From contig NC_043001.1 in NCBI RefSeq assembly GCF_006345805.1, forward strand, positions 28,458,001 to 28,522,000: a DNA stretch of 64,000 nucleotides, in the 5' to 3' direction. The notes below the pieces were generated by a model, which was not told the DNA's origin, did no database searches, and was given only the letters and a program-made list of their open reading frames with translations. The number at the start of each line of letters is the position of its first letter. Position 1 is the stretch's first letter. The position numbers were made by a program, and so were the translations under genes. Positions 49,801 through 60,550 of this stretch are shown piece after piece. The DNA is from Octopus sinensis. Taxonomy: Eukaryota.

Positions 49801-52800
49801 TGTTTCTCAAACTTCTTCAGGTAAAAGACTTTGGCTAAGAAACCTGATTATTCAAACTGGCCATATCCGGCCAAAATATTCAACCCATTTTATGTTCAAA
49901 CTGGCCATATCCAGCCTCTCAAACCTACCCTACAATGACATTATAAAAAACAAACAATCTCGTCACGGAAATCTCAAAGCTACAAGATAATGTAAGATTA
50001 ATTCAAAACAAAATGAATGAATAAACATTACACTTGACAGACTAATTTGAATGAAAGCTGGCAGAAATGTTAGCATGCCGGGTGAAATGCTTAGCAGTAT
50101 TTCGTCTGCCGCTACATTCTGAGTTCAAATTCCACCAAGTCGACTTTGCCTTTCGTCCTTTCAGGGTTGATTAAATAAGTACCAGTTACACACTGGGGTT
50201 GATATAACTGACAATCCGTTTGTCTGTCCTTGTTTGTCCCCTCTGTGCATAACCCCTCATGGGCAGTAAAGAAATAAGACTAATTTGAATGCTAAAGGGT
50301 GACCAATAGATGAGGGTGTAATCCCCAAGCAGCTATAGTGTTCTTGTGAAGAGTAGCAACTCCAGATATTACTAGCTTTGAAATACATTATCATGGAATA
50401 GTGACATACAGGTTGTATAAGTAACAAGAGGTATTGGGTCAATCACCACACACAACAAGCACTTTTGATGTAGTCTAGGAGGTCTGACAGTATAGTAGCA
50501 GCACTGTCCCAAATGTAGGAGCAACACTCCATACTGGGTCTCATCAGAGTTTGTTAAGGTTAGTAGTTCATGGGGATTGAAGTATTTTCAGGTCCTGAAG
50601 GGAGGGAACAGTTTTGAATCGTAGTTTTTGTTGTGTTGAGCAAGACAGTCAGTTGCCCGCTGACACTCATTGAAGAGGCCAGGGAACAGAAGAAAGGAGA
50701 AAGAAGACATGCACCCAACACCAGAGCTGAAGACACCTCCGAAAGGAGGGGGGGCACCACATCAAAACAGTAGAGGAGTAGGGGCCGAAACTGGACGTGG
50801 TTCCTCCTGATGATGTCTTGAGCTAACTGGATCCTATAAAGGAGCTGTTGTGGTAGCAGACCACGAAACACAGTTGAAATTCCTCAGCAAGAGCATTCAC
50901 CAGGACAGATTTTCAGTGATGGTGAGGCCTAGCATTTGGAATAACATTTAGGGTTCTAGTTTCATATTGTTCATGTTTAGGCAGAAGTACTGACTGTGTC
51001 TTTAATGTTACTGAGGGAGACAATATTGGTGGAGTTCCATTGGAGGAGGTTTTCACTGTTTCTATACACAGTGTCTGCAGATTTGATCTGCAGTGTCCAG
51101 ATTATTTGCAAGTGGAAGACTCCTGGGTACAGAGAATCAGAGAGGAATAAAGAATGGAATTAAATGGATAGAAGTGGGCATTGTTGAATGTGATAACAAG
51201 TCAGTCACTGCTGTATAACAGGGAAGAAGAAGTGTATTAGGGGACAAAACCAAAACCCTGGGGAACACTAGATATGTTAGTATGTAAGAGTGGGTTCCAT
51301 CAGTACATGCCATGACAAAGCAATCTTTCAGAAAGTTATTTTTTATTGTTGTTATTTAGTGTTTGTGTGTGTTGTTGATTTAATGATAGGCTTACAATAA
51401 AAGAAATATCAATGACTGAATCCTGCAAATAAAGCAAAAATTGTTCCCAGTTCATTTCTCATCTGGAATCATCTCACTTTGTTCATATGACTGACTGATA
51501 CTCTTTAGACAATGATGAATACCACACATCCAGGTCATATTCAGATAAAAAATCACTATGTATTCTTACATAAAGATATTAATGTCTTCAGGAAAGGCAT
51601 GAAACACCACAACATAACAACCCCCTCCCAATAGTCTGTACTTGTAGCTTTAGGCTTATGACAGAAATCAATACATCAATACCTTGATGAATATCAAAAC
51701 AAATAAGTTAGCATAAATAATTTTGAAAGGACATAAGCAAAAACCCGATACTCACTCATTTTAACAGTTTTCCTTAAATCTAGATGTTCCCATGTTTTTT
51801 CCTGTAATAATTAACAACATAGTTCAGACATAATTATTACACTTTCAAAAAAGAAAATTTGGAAACAAATACAAACAGAACAAAGAATCTAATGATCAAA
51901 TCGTATTTTTTAAGAATTATGCAATTTTCTTGCTAAGAAAAATGGAATTCATATACAGGAAGAATGTCATTCAAAATATGAGAAAAAGTTTTATGGTTTT
52001 TATGGTAAAGTACTTCAGTTAGAAACACTGATAAATCATATATAATTGAATTGGTTTTACTGAGAAAATTCTTAATGTAATCTTTTAAATAAAGAAAATC
52101 ATAAAATGTAGAAAATTTTGAAACATAAGTCTTAAAAATGTACTAAGAGTTACTAAATAATTATTCCTATAAATATGGTAGAACTAATTAAATAATTTGG
52201 TCTTATTTTGCAGCTTTCAAATCAGAATTGTCCATAAAGTACAACAGATTTCCCATTAAGATTCACACCAGGAAAAAAAACAATTCTTATTAGAGACCAT
52301 TTCAACATCAACTATTTCACTACACAGCGGACCAAAAATAACATTCTTCCCATTAAACATCATGTATAACATCTTTCCAATTATACACCAGACCGGACAA
52401 AACACATTGCTAAAATTGCCAAGAAGGCTGAAGGTGTCTTGGCATCACTCACCAAGTCCTTTGTGAGCTGCTCTCCGGCTATCTATCTGAGGCTTTATAT
52501 AGCTATGGTGCAGCCTCACCTGGAATTTGCATAACTGGTCTGGAACTCCTATCTTGCCCAGGATATTAATCGTCTGGAAACCATTCAGTGACGTGCAACC
52601 AAGGGAATATCCTCCATCAGGCATTTGCCATATTCTGAACGCCTTACTCCCCTGGGCACGGATACATTGAAACTCCGACGTCTGGCAGCTGATTTGGCAG
52701 ACACCCATAAAATTATTAACCGTCTTACTAACAATAACTCTGAGCACCTTTTCAAACTCCACTTGTCTAACACCCATGGACATGTTTACAAAATCAGAAA

Positions 52801-55800
52801 ACAGCACAGCTCCCCTGACTTTTGGAAACATTTTTTCATGTTAAGAGTTGCTGAAGCATGGAACAAACCGCCGGCATCAATTGTTAGTTGTCGGAGCACT
52901 GCATCCTTCAAAACTTCCATGTTTCCTGAGATTCGCCAACACTACACCTGATTTTTCTCCCCTCCATACACACGCAAGCATCTACCTGACTCATACACTG
53001 TTCACTTTCCAGACATTTGTACATTACTGCATATGCTTTAATTGCACTTTTGGCAAGTTGTGGGGCACCTGAGCACTGTATACAATAATTTCATCATTTT
53101 TTTATTATTATAAACTTCCCAACATAATGAGGGGCTGTAAATGCTGTGTGTACAGCTCTTTATCCAATAAAAACATTTCAAAAGAAAAATTACCCCTACC
53201 CAAAAACAGCTTTTTCCCTTACCATACTTTGCATCATTATGTACGAAGCCAAGAAAACAGTCCAGATTATACTTAGCATCATAAATAACAAACTTCCTCC
53301 CAACAGATTCAATAAATTCTCAATAAGTTTAAACTTACATTTGTTAGATATGTTAAATCTTTTCCTGACACCATGATCCAGCTTTTGGTCCATTCCTATA
53401 GATTTCATGCAAAACAAAAAATATATATATAACACTGCAAACTTCTAATATGGTAAACTAAAACAAATGATAAATTAATAAAAACTACAACCTTTACATC
53501 AGTGGTCGTTCACTTGGGCTATAGAACCTCCTTAGTTGTAATGGAGGGGGAAGGCATTGTGAGCTCACAAGGGAGGGGCAAGTGTCATGTGGCCTGCTGT
53601 CTGGTTGCTTGAATGTTTAAAGGGTGTTGTAATTTTTCTTAGAAATAAAAGACTTAGGCCAGGTTCAATACTTATATCTGCTCTCTTTTACTAGTTTCAG
53701 TCATTGGTCTGCAGCCATACTGATACACTGCCTTAAAGGGTTTGGCCAAACAAATGGAACCCCCCACTTGCCTCCACCATTCCAATACTGGTACTTATTC
53801 TATCAGTTTCTTCTGCTGAACTGCTAAGTTACAGGGATGTAAACAAAACATCGGTTATCAAATAATATCAGGGAAACAAAATACAAACACACACACACGA
53901 CAGTCTTCCACACTGTTTCCACCTACCAAATTCACTCACAAGGCATTAGTCAATTTGGAGCTAGAGAAGGAGACACTTGTCCAAGACACCCTGCAGTGGG
54001 ACTGAACCCACAACAACATGGTTGCAAAATGTGTTTTCTTTAACCACACAACCATGCATGCACCAAATTCTCAAAATGAAATATGAAAAGGACATTGCAC
54101 ACACCATAAGCAGAAACATGGCTGATGATACATCAAGGTCAAAAATAATTCCATCATATAAGTCTTTAAGGAAGCAAACAAGCAGAATCCGTAGTATACT
54201 GGACAAAATACTTAGTGACACTTTATCGCCATCCTTACATTTTGATTTCAAATTCTACCGAGGTTGACTTTGCCTCTCCTCCTTTCAGGGTCGATAAAAT
54301 AAGTACCAATTGAGTACTGGGGTTGACGTAATTAATGAAAAAGAAACTTTTTTTTTGTAATTATTTTTTCCCTCACCAAATACCTCCAAATTTTTCCTTA
54401 TTTTCAAAATTAATTGAAAGTCAGGTTGTGTATTTATTTCATTAAAAATAGTGTCAGGAACCCATTAAATAACTCAACCTAGAAAAAAATTAATGAACTA
54501 ACAAATGTAAACTTACAATTCCGTGCCATTTGATATAAAAGATGCCAGCAAGGTCAAACATGGATTCTGATATTTTTGAGAAACCTTCGTTTGGACTGAA
54601 AACCTAGAATATAAAATGAAAGTAATGGGTTTTTTTTATTGCATGTAGAGAGGTGAGGGTGGTATTTCTTTCAAACAACTTTTGAAAGTGAATCACATAC
54701 AGTTTAAGAAAGAGAGAAATTAAATGAAACAGAGGGAGAGAGAGTAGCAAGGTTTTAGAGTTACAGTAAGAGGTAATATTTAAAGCCATCAACTCCTTTA
54801 AAACACCACCAAAAAATGTGGTGATCATTGTCCATTTTAGCATCTGTCATTCCATAGTAAAACGAGTTAAATGGTTCTCCATTATAGCATCATTCTATGC
54901 AACTTGAGCCAATATTTTACCATTTGTGAAACCCAGCATTCTTAGATCAGATCTAATTAAGTTATCTTCTGTCTGCTTCTGCTTCAACTACTCTTCACCA
55001 AAGAGTCAATGAGGGGGTCCCTAAAAGTCACTTGATCTACTAAGAATAGCAACCACATTTGAGGGCAGCGAACTGGCAGAAACGTTAGCACGCTGGGTGA
55101 AATGCTTAGCAGTATTTCGTCTGCCACTACGTTCTGAGTTCAAATTCCACCAAGATCGACTTTACCTTTCATCCTTTCGAGGTTGATTAAATTGACTTAA
55201 TCTGTTTGTCTGTCCTTGTTTGTCCCCTTTGTGTGTAGCCCCTTGTGGGTAGTAAAGAAATAAGAATAGCAGACACATATCTTTGAAATTACACTTTGCT
55301 TACAAAAAAAAAAAAATCAGGCATCCCCCTACTCCCCCACTCACTCGCAATCATACTGCCCAACTCATTCCTACCCACCACATACCTTGAAAGTCAACCC
55401 TGTTATCTCATTGCCATTATTTTTATTGCTCTCTCCAGCTCCACCTGATCACTCCCATCCTTTCTTCTAATGCAAGAGTAACCATGTACCTCCTCTACAA
55501 CATGAAACCTGTTCTACTCTGACTCTTTTCTCTTCAACTTTACCCCTCTCTGTTCCTCATCTCCAAGCATAAAGTTGCTTCTCTCATAGCCCATAGCCCT
55601 GCAAGCTGCACACCAACTTCACTAGTGTTCATTATCATCATCATTGTTTAACGTCCACTTTCCATGATGGCATGGGTTGAATGGTTTGGCAGGAGCTGGC
55701 CAGGCAAAAGACTGCACAGACTTCTGTGTCTCTTTTGGCATGGTTTTTAAGGTTGGATGCCCTTCCTAACACCAACCAGCCCATAGAGTGGATTGAGAGC

Positions 55801-58800
55801 TTTTTACATGGCACCAGCACAGGTGAGGTCAGTTTTGGCATGGTTTTTACAGCTGGATGCCTTTCCATTTGTAAAGTGGTTAGTGTTAAGGAGGGTATTC
55901 AACCACAGAAACCATGCCAAGGCAGACACTGGAGTGTGATGCAGTCCTTTGGCCTATCAGACCTTGGTGATGGTGGAAGCAGCAATGATAAATTGGATAA
56001 TAGATTACTTGACATCATCATCATCGTTTAACATCCACTTTCTATGCTGGTATGGGTTGGATGATTTGACTGAGTACTGGCAAACCAGACGGCTGCACCA
56101 GGCTCCAATCTGATCTGGCAGAGTTTCTACAGCTGGATGCCCTTCCTAACGCCAACCACTCCAAGAAGGCCAGTCAGGTGGTACTGGCAATGGCCACACT
56201 CAAATGCTGTTTTTTACGTGCCACCTGCACAGGAGCCAGTCCAGCAACACTGGCAATGACCTCGCCCGAATGTTTTTTCATGTACCACCGGCACAAGTGC
56301 TAGTAAGGCGATGCTGGTAATGATCATGCTCGAATGGTGCTTTTTATGTGCCACCGGCATGGGAGCTAGTCAGCTGCTCTGGCAACGTATCACGCTCAGA
56401 TGGTGCTCTTAGCACTCCACTAGCACTGTTAAAAAAATATTGGAATGGTCACAGAGAGAATATTCCTGATCATTACACAATCACAGTTGACCTAGCGGTA
56501 AATAACAATTTTCCAGCTTAAATTCATGCCATCATTTTGCTCCCCAAAAGCAACAATATATGCAAAAGAACCCAATTGATTTCTCTGTTGTCAACTAACC
56601 TTCGCTATTGCCTGCATCCATTTCGTCTGTTCTTCTAATTCATCTGTAGCAAATTGGTAAATTCTGTTGTTGTTTTGTGTTGTGCTAAGCTCAAAGGAAT
56701 GTTTATATCTGAAGACAAAACAATAATCATTAAAGACAATCATTAAAAAATTTACATTTATTCAAATGTAAAAGTATTAGTTAATGCAACAGATGGAACA
56801 CTATGGCTGTTCATTCACACAAAAAGGATTTGGTAGATGTACAACTGAAAGAAACCAGTGATGTGTGTGTATATATGTGTGTACCGTTGTTTTGACACTG
56901 TGATGGTTGTAAACAAGCATCACTATCATACAAGCGAGGTTGTTTTGTTTCCAGTCTTCCATGGAAAACATATCTGGGCATGGGAAATATCAACTTGCTT
57001 GGGAACAGGTGAAGGTTGACAACAGCAAGGTCATCTAGTCATAGAAAATCTGCTTCAACAAATTGTGTTTGATCCATGCAAGAATCATCATCATCGTTTA
57101 ACGTCCGTTTTCCATGCTGGCATGGGTTGGACGGTTTGACTGGGGTCTGGGAAGCCAGAAGGCTTCACCAGGCTCCAGTCTGATCTGGCAGTGTTTCTAC
57201 AGCTGGATGCCCTTCCTAATGCTAACCACTCCATGAGTGTAGTGGGTGCTTTTTACGTGCCACCGGCACAGGTTCCAGGCAAGGCTGGCAGCAGCCACGA
57301 TCAGTTGGTGCTTTTTACGTGCCACCAGCACAGGGATCACAACTACAATTTCCATTGATTTTTGATGTTGGTGTACTTGACTCAATAGGTCTCCTCAAGC
57401 ACATGGTCGAAACGGTGTTTCTTTACTTGCCACCTGCACAAGAGTCAGTCCAGCGGCACTGGCAACGGCTAGGTGCCAGTCATAGGATTTGGTTCAATTT
57501 CGATTTCACTTGCCCCAACAGGTCTTCGCAAGCAGAGTTTAGTGTCCAATGAAGGGAGATTGGCATGGGTGCCAGTCGTCGAATGTAAAAGTTAAATGAT
57601 AATGAAGAAGACATGGTCACATTTCATAAATAGTTTAGAATATATTAAAAAAGAACAAAAAAAAAAACCAATCCAAAATGCATAAAAGAAAGATGCCAAC
57701 AATATTTACTTTTCTGTATGTGTTGCCTGTATAACCAGCATTTGAGTGTTCTCAATGCTACCACGTGCAGCAGTATTCTAGAAAATAAAAAATTGAAACA
57801 AAAATTTATAATCACAGTTAAACATACACAGCTCAACTTTCTACTTTTAATATGAATACTTCATACATAAGGCCTATAAGAAGAGGTGGTTTCTACCACT
57901 GCATTGAAGTCTGAAGCCTTGAAAGTCAAAGAAAAGCCTGTAGAGAACTCTCCTTCATATGCCAAAAAACAAAAGCATCTCACAGTCCCTATAAATTCTG
58001 AGAAGAAACCTCCACTAACAAGGCTTGAAAACAGTCTTGCTCTAACTTACAAAATTTCTTTCAAAGTTCTGCTTATATATAAGATACAATAAAGCAATAT
58101 GTAACTTTTTTAGGATCTAGTGCAGGAGCCTGTATGTTGCCATTCAACATTCCACAAACAGCAGTCAAACCTTCCTTAAATGGCATCCTATTACTTCATG
58201 AGAGAAGAACAGATGGAACAATGTGGTCCTTGATGCATTGTTCCTAGGGAAAATGTGGGATGGTTACAACAGGAATGCCTTTTATCATAGAATTACACTA
58301 TCAGGGTTACTATGGGATTAAAAAAATAACAACACACCCTTATTTTGATTTACACTAGCTTCTTATAGACATGATAGAGATTTTTATTCAGACAAATCTC
58401 AAAGGTATTAGGAACTTAACTAAAGAAAATGGCCCCATCTAAAAATTAAAATCAGTTCAAAAGTTCTGTTTCCTACAAACTTATAAGTTTTGTATTTCGT
58501 TTTTGGATTTGGTTTGCAAGATTCTTTATGTTAGTTCGTGTGTTGAAGCATATTCTGTTGTGTTTGGGGAGAGTCATTTTCTTTTTGTGCCTTATAATTT
58601 AACACAACACTCACTGGTAAAATTTCCACTTATTTCTTATTTTTATTTTCCTAAAATTTTCGTTGCGTCTTAAGTTTTGCTCCCCTCATAAAGCATTTGT
58701 TTTTGTTAGAAGCAGTGAAATCAGTTGCAGTGAAATCTACTGAACCAATAATTACTTCTAATTTCTGATTTATGGTTAAGTGAAAGAGAGAAATCTGCCC

Positions 58801-59473
58801 TTAGATAGACTAGCAGTATCACGTAATTTTCCCAAGAGAGGAGCCACTGCTTATAGTTCTGAGTTATACCAGCATAAGGTACCTAGTCACAGATAGATGG
58901 ATTTGGCTTGGCCTAAAACAAGTTTCAGCTAAAGCATACAAACCATTGACCTTTCTTTCAATTGGTTGTTTACTACCATACTGATGCAGGCATCTATATT
59001 ATCCCATCCGAATACAGATCCCTGAGAGCTATACCAGCAGAGCACAATCTCCTTGTAGGACCTCCAATGCTGGACAGGTCAAAAGATAGAGGCCAGGCTA
59101 ATATGGTCTACCTTTTTCCAGAGGTAAAAATGAGTTACATATGGACAACACTCCTAACTAGAACAAAGCCAAGTTACAGAAACATCTATAACAATTCAAA
59201 ACCACTAAGAGCAGGGAGATGACAGCCAAGAGATGAGAAAAGTGGAACAAAGTCACTGATGGCCTACTCTCCAGAGAGAAGAAAGAGCTTACTTAAATCA
59301 TTTTCTTCTACATCATAAAAAAAAGAAATTCACCCATATGTGAAGGCACTAAGTATATTTTGGAATATTCAAGTTCAATAGTAATCAGTAGATCAAATCC
59401 ATGCTACATACCTTTTTGTCAGCGTAATAACTAAGTCGACCATGTTCTAGCAGACACCACCGCCGAAGAAAGT
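19265..59473 (-). CDS. ARAP: ARAP-family protein (ArfGAP/RhoGAP/ankyrin/PH), 3' portion: PH3(part)-PH4-RhoGAP-RA-PH5; 22 confident exons plus a tentative terminal exon; 5'-partial
   Basis: 22 exons with GT donors and AG acceptors join in one uninterrupted frame (1874 nt; all 21 junction phases match). The product has FLRRWCLL..G.LSYY (PH), ALYLQAD..KATVTCQRFFNDQQLTADDIPVIVDKC (same length and register as the ARAP PH4-to-RhoGAP linker, recalled), GIYRQSG, LKRFFRE, LPPVNQNTL, VFGPTL, an RA domain with ERPIH and a final PH domain. This domain order is characteristic of ARAP1/2/3. The paralog cannot be assigned. Confidence 0.93.
19366..20049. mobile_element. TA-flanked MITE / non-autonomous DNA element
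   Basis: TIRs ctgtaaaaactcatgtaatttt / aaattacatgggtttttacag with TA on both sides. Confidence 0.65.
21330..21925 (+). mobile_element. Highly decayed RTE-like ORF2 internal fragment
   Basis: Remnants AWYDYKK, EVFQVA, GEK, KETWKCYNEGLLSKENA with many stops and frameshifts. Confidence 0.5.
23020..23110 (-). CDS. ARAP: ARAP exon 22: SKDTPYFGKALYFPTIHDMYVWYAGMMFTK (PH5 end)
   Basis: attacag acceptor, GTAAGC donor, phase 2 to 0; PH terminal helix with Trp. Confidence 0.92.
24428..24472 (-). CDS. ARAP: ARAP exon 21: RPGFTFVVKNEKQK(R)
   Basis: tttttctag acceptor, GTAAGT donor, phase 2 to 2; GFT motif. Confidence 0.9.
25103..25772 (+). mobile_element. 5'-truncated RTE LINE (family F): LGLTKAMTSDRDLWKYAVLEKTRQAK-stop plus 3' UTR with internal repeats. 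Tail-only copies at about 23590-23930+, 28540-29070+, 32630-32935+, 35030-35450+, 35476-35580-, 47220-47540-, 55640-55900-, 56015-56420-, 57085-57590-, 62130-62330-, 62560-62700+
   Basis: ORF2 terminus matches the 59690 copy; shared motif gtggttggcgttaggaagggcatccagctgtagaaac and (GAT)n tail. Confidence 0.82.
25892..25968 (-). CDS. ARAP: ARAP exon 20: GSPIATWRIEDLNIYMGIEKNRDPK(L)
   Basis: gactag acceptor, GTAAGT donor, phase 0 to 2; W.I..L..Y.G motif of ARAP PH5. Confidence 0.92.
26108..26423 (-). mobile_element. Family C tRNA-derived SINE (also 188-336+, 3570-3728-, 36925-37220-)
   Basis: Head gtggaggcgcaatggcccagtggttagggcag..ggtttc(g/a)attcccagac; tail gcgatggactggcgtcccgtccagc..catgagcctggctaggctt. 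Confidence 0.88.
26440..26676 (-). mobile_element. Family D tRNA-derived SINE (also about 39495-39712-)
   Basis: Head with a tcatgat anticodon-like loop, central domain shared with family E, 3' tail shared with family C. Confidence 0.8.
27821..28060. repeat. Near-perfect AT-rich foldback, arms about 110 bp, 17-nt loop
   Basis: The arms differ by one substitution and one indel. Confidence 0.93.
28545..28900. repeat. 24-bp minisatellite (gcgacacataaaagcacccatgtg), about 14 units, at the head of a family F tail
   Basis: 24-nt periodicity; the unit derives from the family F ggcacataaaagcacc motif. Confidence 0.9.
29597..30151 (+). mobile_element. Internally deleted Tc1/mariner-superfamily element with DUF4817-like N-terminus (rosa/DD41D-like)
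   Basis: Perfect 49-bp TIRs with TA flanks; MNWTGEHHAFIVETFIK..SVTATQRAFR...GRPRTART joined out of frame to LKDVIRQEITAIPHEM...RLRQCVDNNGSHL. Confidence 0.88.
31238..31351 (-). CDS. ARAP: ARAP exon 19: FDPSKTLMAELEFCEKKVCRKYWFEFSQAKLSYYKDTK (PH5 start)
   Basis: attacag acceptor, GTTAGT donor, phase 0 to 0. Confidence 0.92.
33599..33729 (-). CDS. ARAP: ARAP exon 18: RPIHSTENIEDVLGQYKFWDETDARETRLLVKQSHLCLNFKEY (RA end)
   Basis: ttcacag acceptor, GTAAGT donor, phase 1 to 0. Confidence 0.94.
34756..34864 (-). CDS. ARAP: ARAP exon 17: VSWSMNSGDVLERVQPKICLKGVDWILYETVCNGTL(E) (RA)
   Basis: cattttag acceptor, GTATAT donor, phase 0 to 1; W.L.E...NG.LERP motif. Confidence 0.92.
36053..36510. repeat. 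20-bp minisatellite (agggagtgagtgagattcag), about 19-21 units
   Basis: Exact 20-nt periodicity; a contiguous block of gggggtgag variants. Confidence 0.97.
36538..36612 (-). CDS. ARAP: ARAP exon 16: VSVVSDSLLLHLYVGVYDSQPIATT (RA start)
   Basis: cttttcag acceptor, GTAAGT donor, phase 0 to 0. Confidence 0.88.
37845..38163 (-). mobile_element. Family E tRNA-derived SINE (also 33833-34400+, interrupted)
   Basis: Head gcgtggcttagtggttagggcattcggctcatgatcg..gagttcgattccc; two homologous copies. Confidence 0.85.
38329..38400 (-). CDS. ARAP: ARAP exon 15: LPVKNKEIEKKIQEACEKMENLKK
   Basis: ttaatcag acceptor, GTAAGC donor, phase 0 to 0; helical linker. Confidence 0.9.
38847..38909 (+). ncRNA. Type I hammerhead ribozyme motif (copy 1 of the retrozyme-like dimer)
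   Basis: ccatca-CTGATGA(38859-65)-gact aaggaa ggtt-GAAA(38880-83)-tcatgtga-TC(38892-93)-tggtgg; all three helices pair by eye. Confidence 0.75.
39201..39264 (+). ncRNA. Type I hammerhead ribozyme motif, copy 2 (C3-to-U core mutation)
   Basis: ccatca-tTGATGA-gacc aaggaa agtt-GAAA-tcacgtga-TT-tggtgg, exactly 354 bp from copy 1. Confidence 0.6.
39806..39880 (-). CDS. ARAP: ARAP exon 14: NNYSNTNSEITVIRELIKYHERLFE
   Basis: tatttcag acceptor, GTGAGT donor, phase 0 to 0; final RhoGAP helix. Confidence 0.92.
41149..41239 (-). CDS. ARAP: ARAP exon 13: VAENEHSNKMGIDQLAIVFGPTLMSGGSSQ
   Basis: ctttgtag acceptor, GTAAGT donor, phase 2 to 0; NKM...LA.VFGPTL motif. Confidence 0.96.
41373..41591. mobile_element. 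piggyBac-like MITE type 2 inside ARAP intron 12-13
   Basis: TTAA-ccctttag...ctaaaggg-TTAA. Confidence 0.85.
41638..41743 (-). CDS. ARAP: ARAP exon 12: TDDTQAKLNWYKYLIKELPPVNQNTLKKLVTHLW(S)
   Basis: atttaag acceptor, GTAAAT donor, phase 1 to 2; LP..N..TL..L..HL motif. Confidence 0.96.
42972..43106 (-). CDS. ARAP: ARAP exon 11: AQKVQLVVDTNNLPTVTGVLKRFFREMADSLLTKNLYEKWIKTA(E)
   Basis: atttcag acceptor, GTAAGC donor, phase 1 to 1; LK.FFRE motif. Confidence 0.96.
44147..45048. mobile_element. Tigger/pogo-like element containing piggyBac-like MITE type 1 (44488-44932), which itself contains MITE type 2 (44544-44764)
   Basis: Outer TIRs caggtcgtcgtcgatttacgacc / ggtcataagtcaacaacgacatg with TA flanks; inner elements have TTAA duplications. 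Confidence 0.78.
45178..45255 (-). CDS. ARAP: ARAP exon 10: LHESGIYRQSGVKSQIAKLLETFHT(D) (arginine finger)
   Basis: tttaatag acceptor, GTAAGT donor, phase 1 to 1; GIYR.SG motif. Confidence 0.96.
46247..46337 (-). CDS. ARAP: ARAP exon 9: TCQRFFNDQQLTADDIPVIVDKCIKFIMTN(G) (RhoGAP start)
   Basis: ttttcag acceptor, GTAGGT donor, phase 0 to 1; IPVIV..CI RhoGAP motif. Confidence 0.95.
46441..46645. mobile_element. piggyBac-like MITE type 1, empty-site version, 3'-truncated by a family A SINE
   Basis: TTAA-ccctttcattac start; contiguous tactttaaatataac at the site where the 44488 copy is interrupted. Confidence 0.8.
47117..47189 (-). CDS. ARAP: ARAP exon 8: ALYLQADLQHDTERLATLMQKATV (end of PH4)
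   Basis: tctttcag acceptor, GTAAGT donor, phase 2 to 0; visible inside ORF 47027..47308. Confidence 0.92.
48407..48488 (-). CDS. ARAP: ARAP exon 7: KISTPDERCIGAIQNNGHCFVAVFPK(I)
   Basis: cttttag acceptor, GTAAGT donor, phase 1 to 2. Confidence 0.87.
49061..49279 (-). mobile_element. Family B tRNA-derived SINE (about 230 bp) with a 15-bp target-site duplication aacactggtaatacc. Other copies: 15025-15252-, 23270-23492+, 42593-42838+, 43288-43519+, 43735-43949+, 47873-48108-, 50054-50276+ (TSD agactaatttgaatg), 55063-55263+
   Basis: Head ggcggcgagctggcagaa..gagttcaaattcc, central gcctttcatcctttcggggtcgataaa.taagtacc, tail ccccttgtgggtagtaaagaaata; TSDs seen directly. Confidence 0.92.
50300..51330 (-). 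mobile_element. Decayed L2/Jockey/CR1-group reverse transcriptase fragment
   Basis: Remnants of SxVPQG.VL.P.LF and MECCSYIWDSA...LLDYI, broken by frameshifts. Confidence 0.55.
51756..51801 (-). CDS. ARAP: ARAP exon 6: EKTWEHLDLRKTVKM(T)
   Basis: attacag acceptor, GTGAGT donor, phase 0 to 1; matches the HL/DLR motif of ARAP PH4. Confidence 0.85.
52390..53110 (+). mobile_element. CR1 LINE ORF2 3' end, pseudogenised
   Basis: YLRLYIAMVQPHLEFA..VWNSYL..DINRLETIQ.RATK...PYSERL..L...TLKLRRL..DL...KI...FF..RV.EAWN with in-frame stops, followed by a 3' UTR and att tail. Confidence 0.9.
53339..53395 (-). CDS. ARAP: ARAP exon 5: EWTKSWIMVSGKDLTYLTN (PH4)
   Basis: tctatag acceptor, GTAAGT donor, phase 0 to 0. 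Confidence 0.87.
54517..54603 (-). CDS. ARAP: ARAP exon 4: VFSPNEGFSKISESMFDLAGIFYIKWHGI
   Basis: ttctag acceptor, GTAAGT donor, phase 0 to 0. Confidence 0.88.
56600..56708 (-). CDS. ARAP: ARAP exon 3: YKHSFELSTTQNNNRIYQFATDELEEQTKWMQAIAK (end of PH3)
   Basis: tcttcag acceptor, GTTAGT donor, phase 2 to 0; PH C-terminal helix with Trp. Confidence 0.92.
57710..57777 (-). CDS. ARAP: ARAP exon 2: NTAARGSIENTQMLVIQATHTE(K)
   Basis: ttttctag acceptor, GTAAAT donor, phase 0 to 2. Confidence 0.85.
59412..59473 (-). CDS. ARAP: ARAP exon 1 in window: (D)FLRRWCLLEHGRLSYYADKK (PH3)
   Basis: ttccag acceptor, GTATGT donor, phase 1 to 0; PH beta-strand motif. Confidence 0.9.
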
Positions 59474-59689
59474 CTGGAATAAACATCAATAAAAGATTTT
59501 AATAACAAAAAGACTTACATTTGAAATAATGATCTCAATTTTTATATTTCATATCTAGTTATTTCAATCAAATTATTTTTTATATATAATACAATTGCAG
59601 AGGAATATTTTATTTTGAGCATTTTTAATTATATTACAGAAAAATAATTTGCTTTTCCAGTATTTTACATTTGCAAATGGATAGTGATG

Positions 59690-60370
59690 CCAATGAAAGT
59701 AAAGAAGCCAGAATGCTTGCTGGATCGGTAATGCCAGTGGGCATATACAACAGAGTACAAGTGATTTGAGGGGAAAACTGGGTATACGAAGCATCAAATG
59801 TAGAGTGCAAGAGAGAAGACTGCACTGGTATGGTTATGGGTTATGTGATACATATGACTAAAGACAGATGCATCAAGGTGTGATGATCACTAATTGTGGA
59901 GGGAATGTATGGAAGGAGTAGACTTCAGAAGATGTGGGATGAAGTGGTGAGAAAGGATCTTAAGATGTTGGGCCTCACAGAAGGAATGACAAGGGTCCAA
60001 GACTTCTGGTAGTTTGCAGTGCTTGAGAAGACATATCAAGGTAAGTGAAACTGTAGTTGTCCTTGCATGTAGGCATGTGCCCCTGCATAATTCTTCAGCT
60101 GAGAGATCCTAATCTTCTAGGCTCATGGGTGCTTGTGCCATGTAAAAAGTACCCGTGGGAATTCCATGTAGAAGCACCTGTGTCAGTGGTGCATAGAAGC
60201 ATCCAGTACATCCTGTAAAGTGGTTGGCATTAGGAAGGATCTCTAGCCATAGAAATCATGCCAAAACAGACATGGAGCCTGGTGAGTTCTCCAACTGGCC
60301 AGCTCCTGTCAAACTGTCCAACACATGCCAACATAGAAAATGGATGTTAAATGATAATGATGATAATGTC
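59690..60370 (+). mobile_element. RTE-clade LINE 3' end (ORF2 remnant, 3' UTR and (GAT)n tail)
   Basis: LRGKLGIRSIKCRVQERRLHWYG...WDEVVRKDLKMLGLTEGMT...AVLEKT followed by the family F tail. Confidence 0.75.
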
Positions 60371-60550
60371 TCTCTTTGTCTTCTTACAAATGTTTTGTTG
60401 TTTTAAAATGTATGAAGATGTATGATTCTTCATGTGCTAATACTGCGGATATCACTTATTGTGATTACTTTGGGATAATGACTATTCAATAAAGCAAATA
60501 AAGAGTATGGGATCCACTAAATTTTATAACAATAACATGTTGGTAGCATT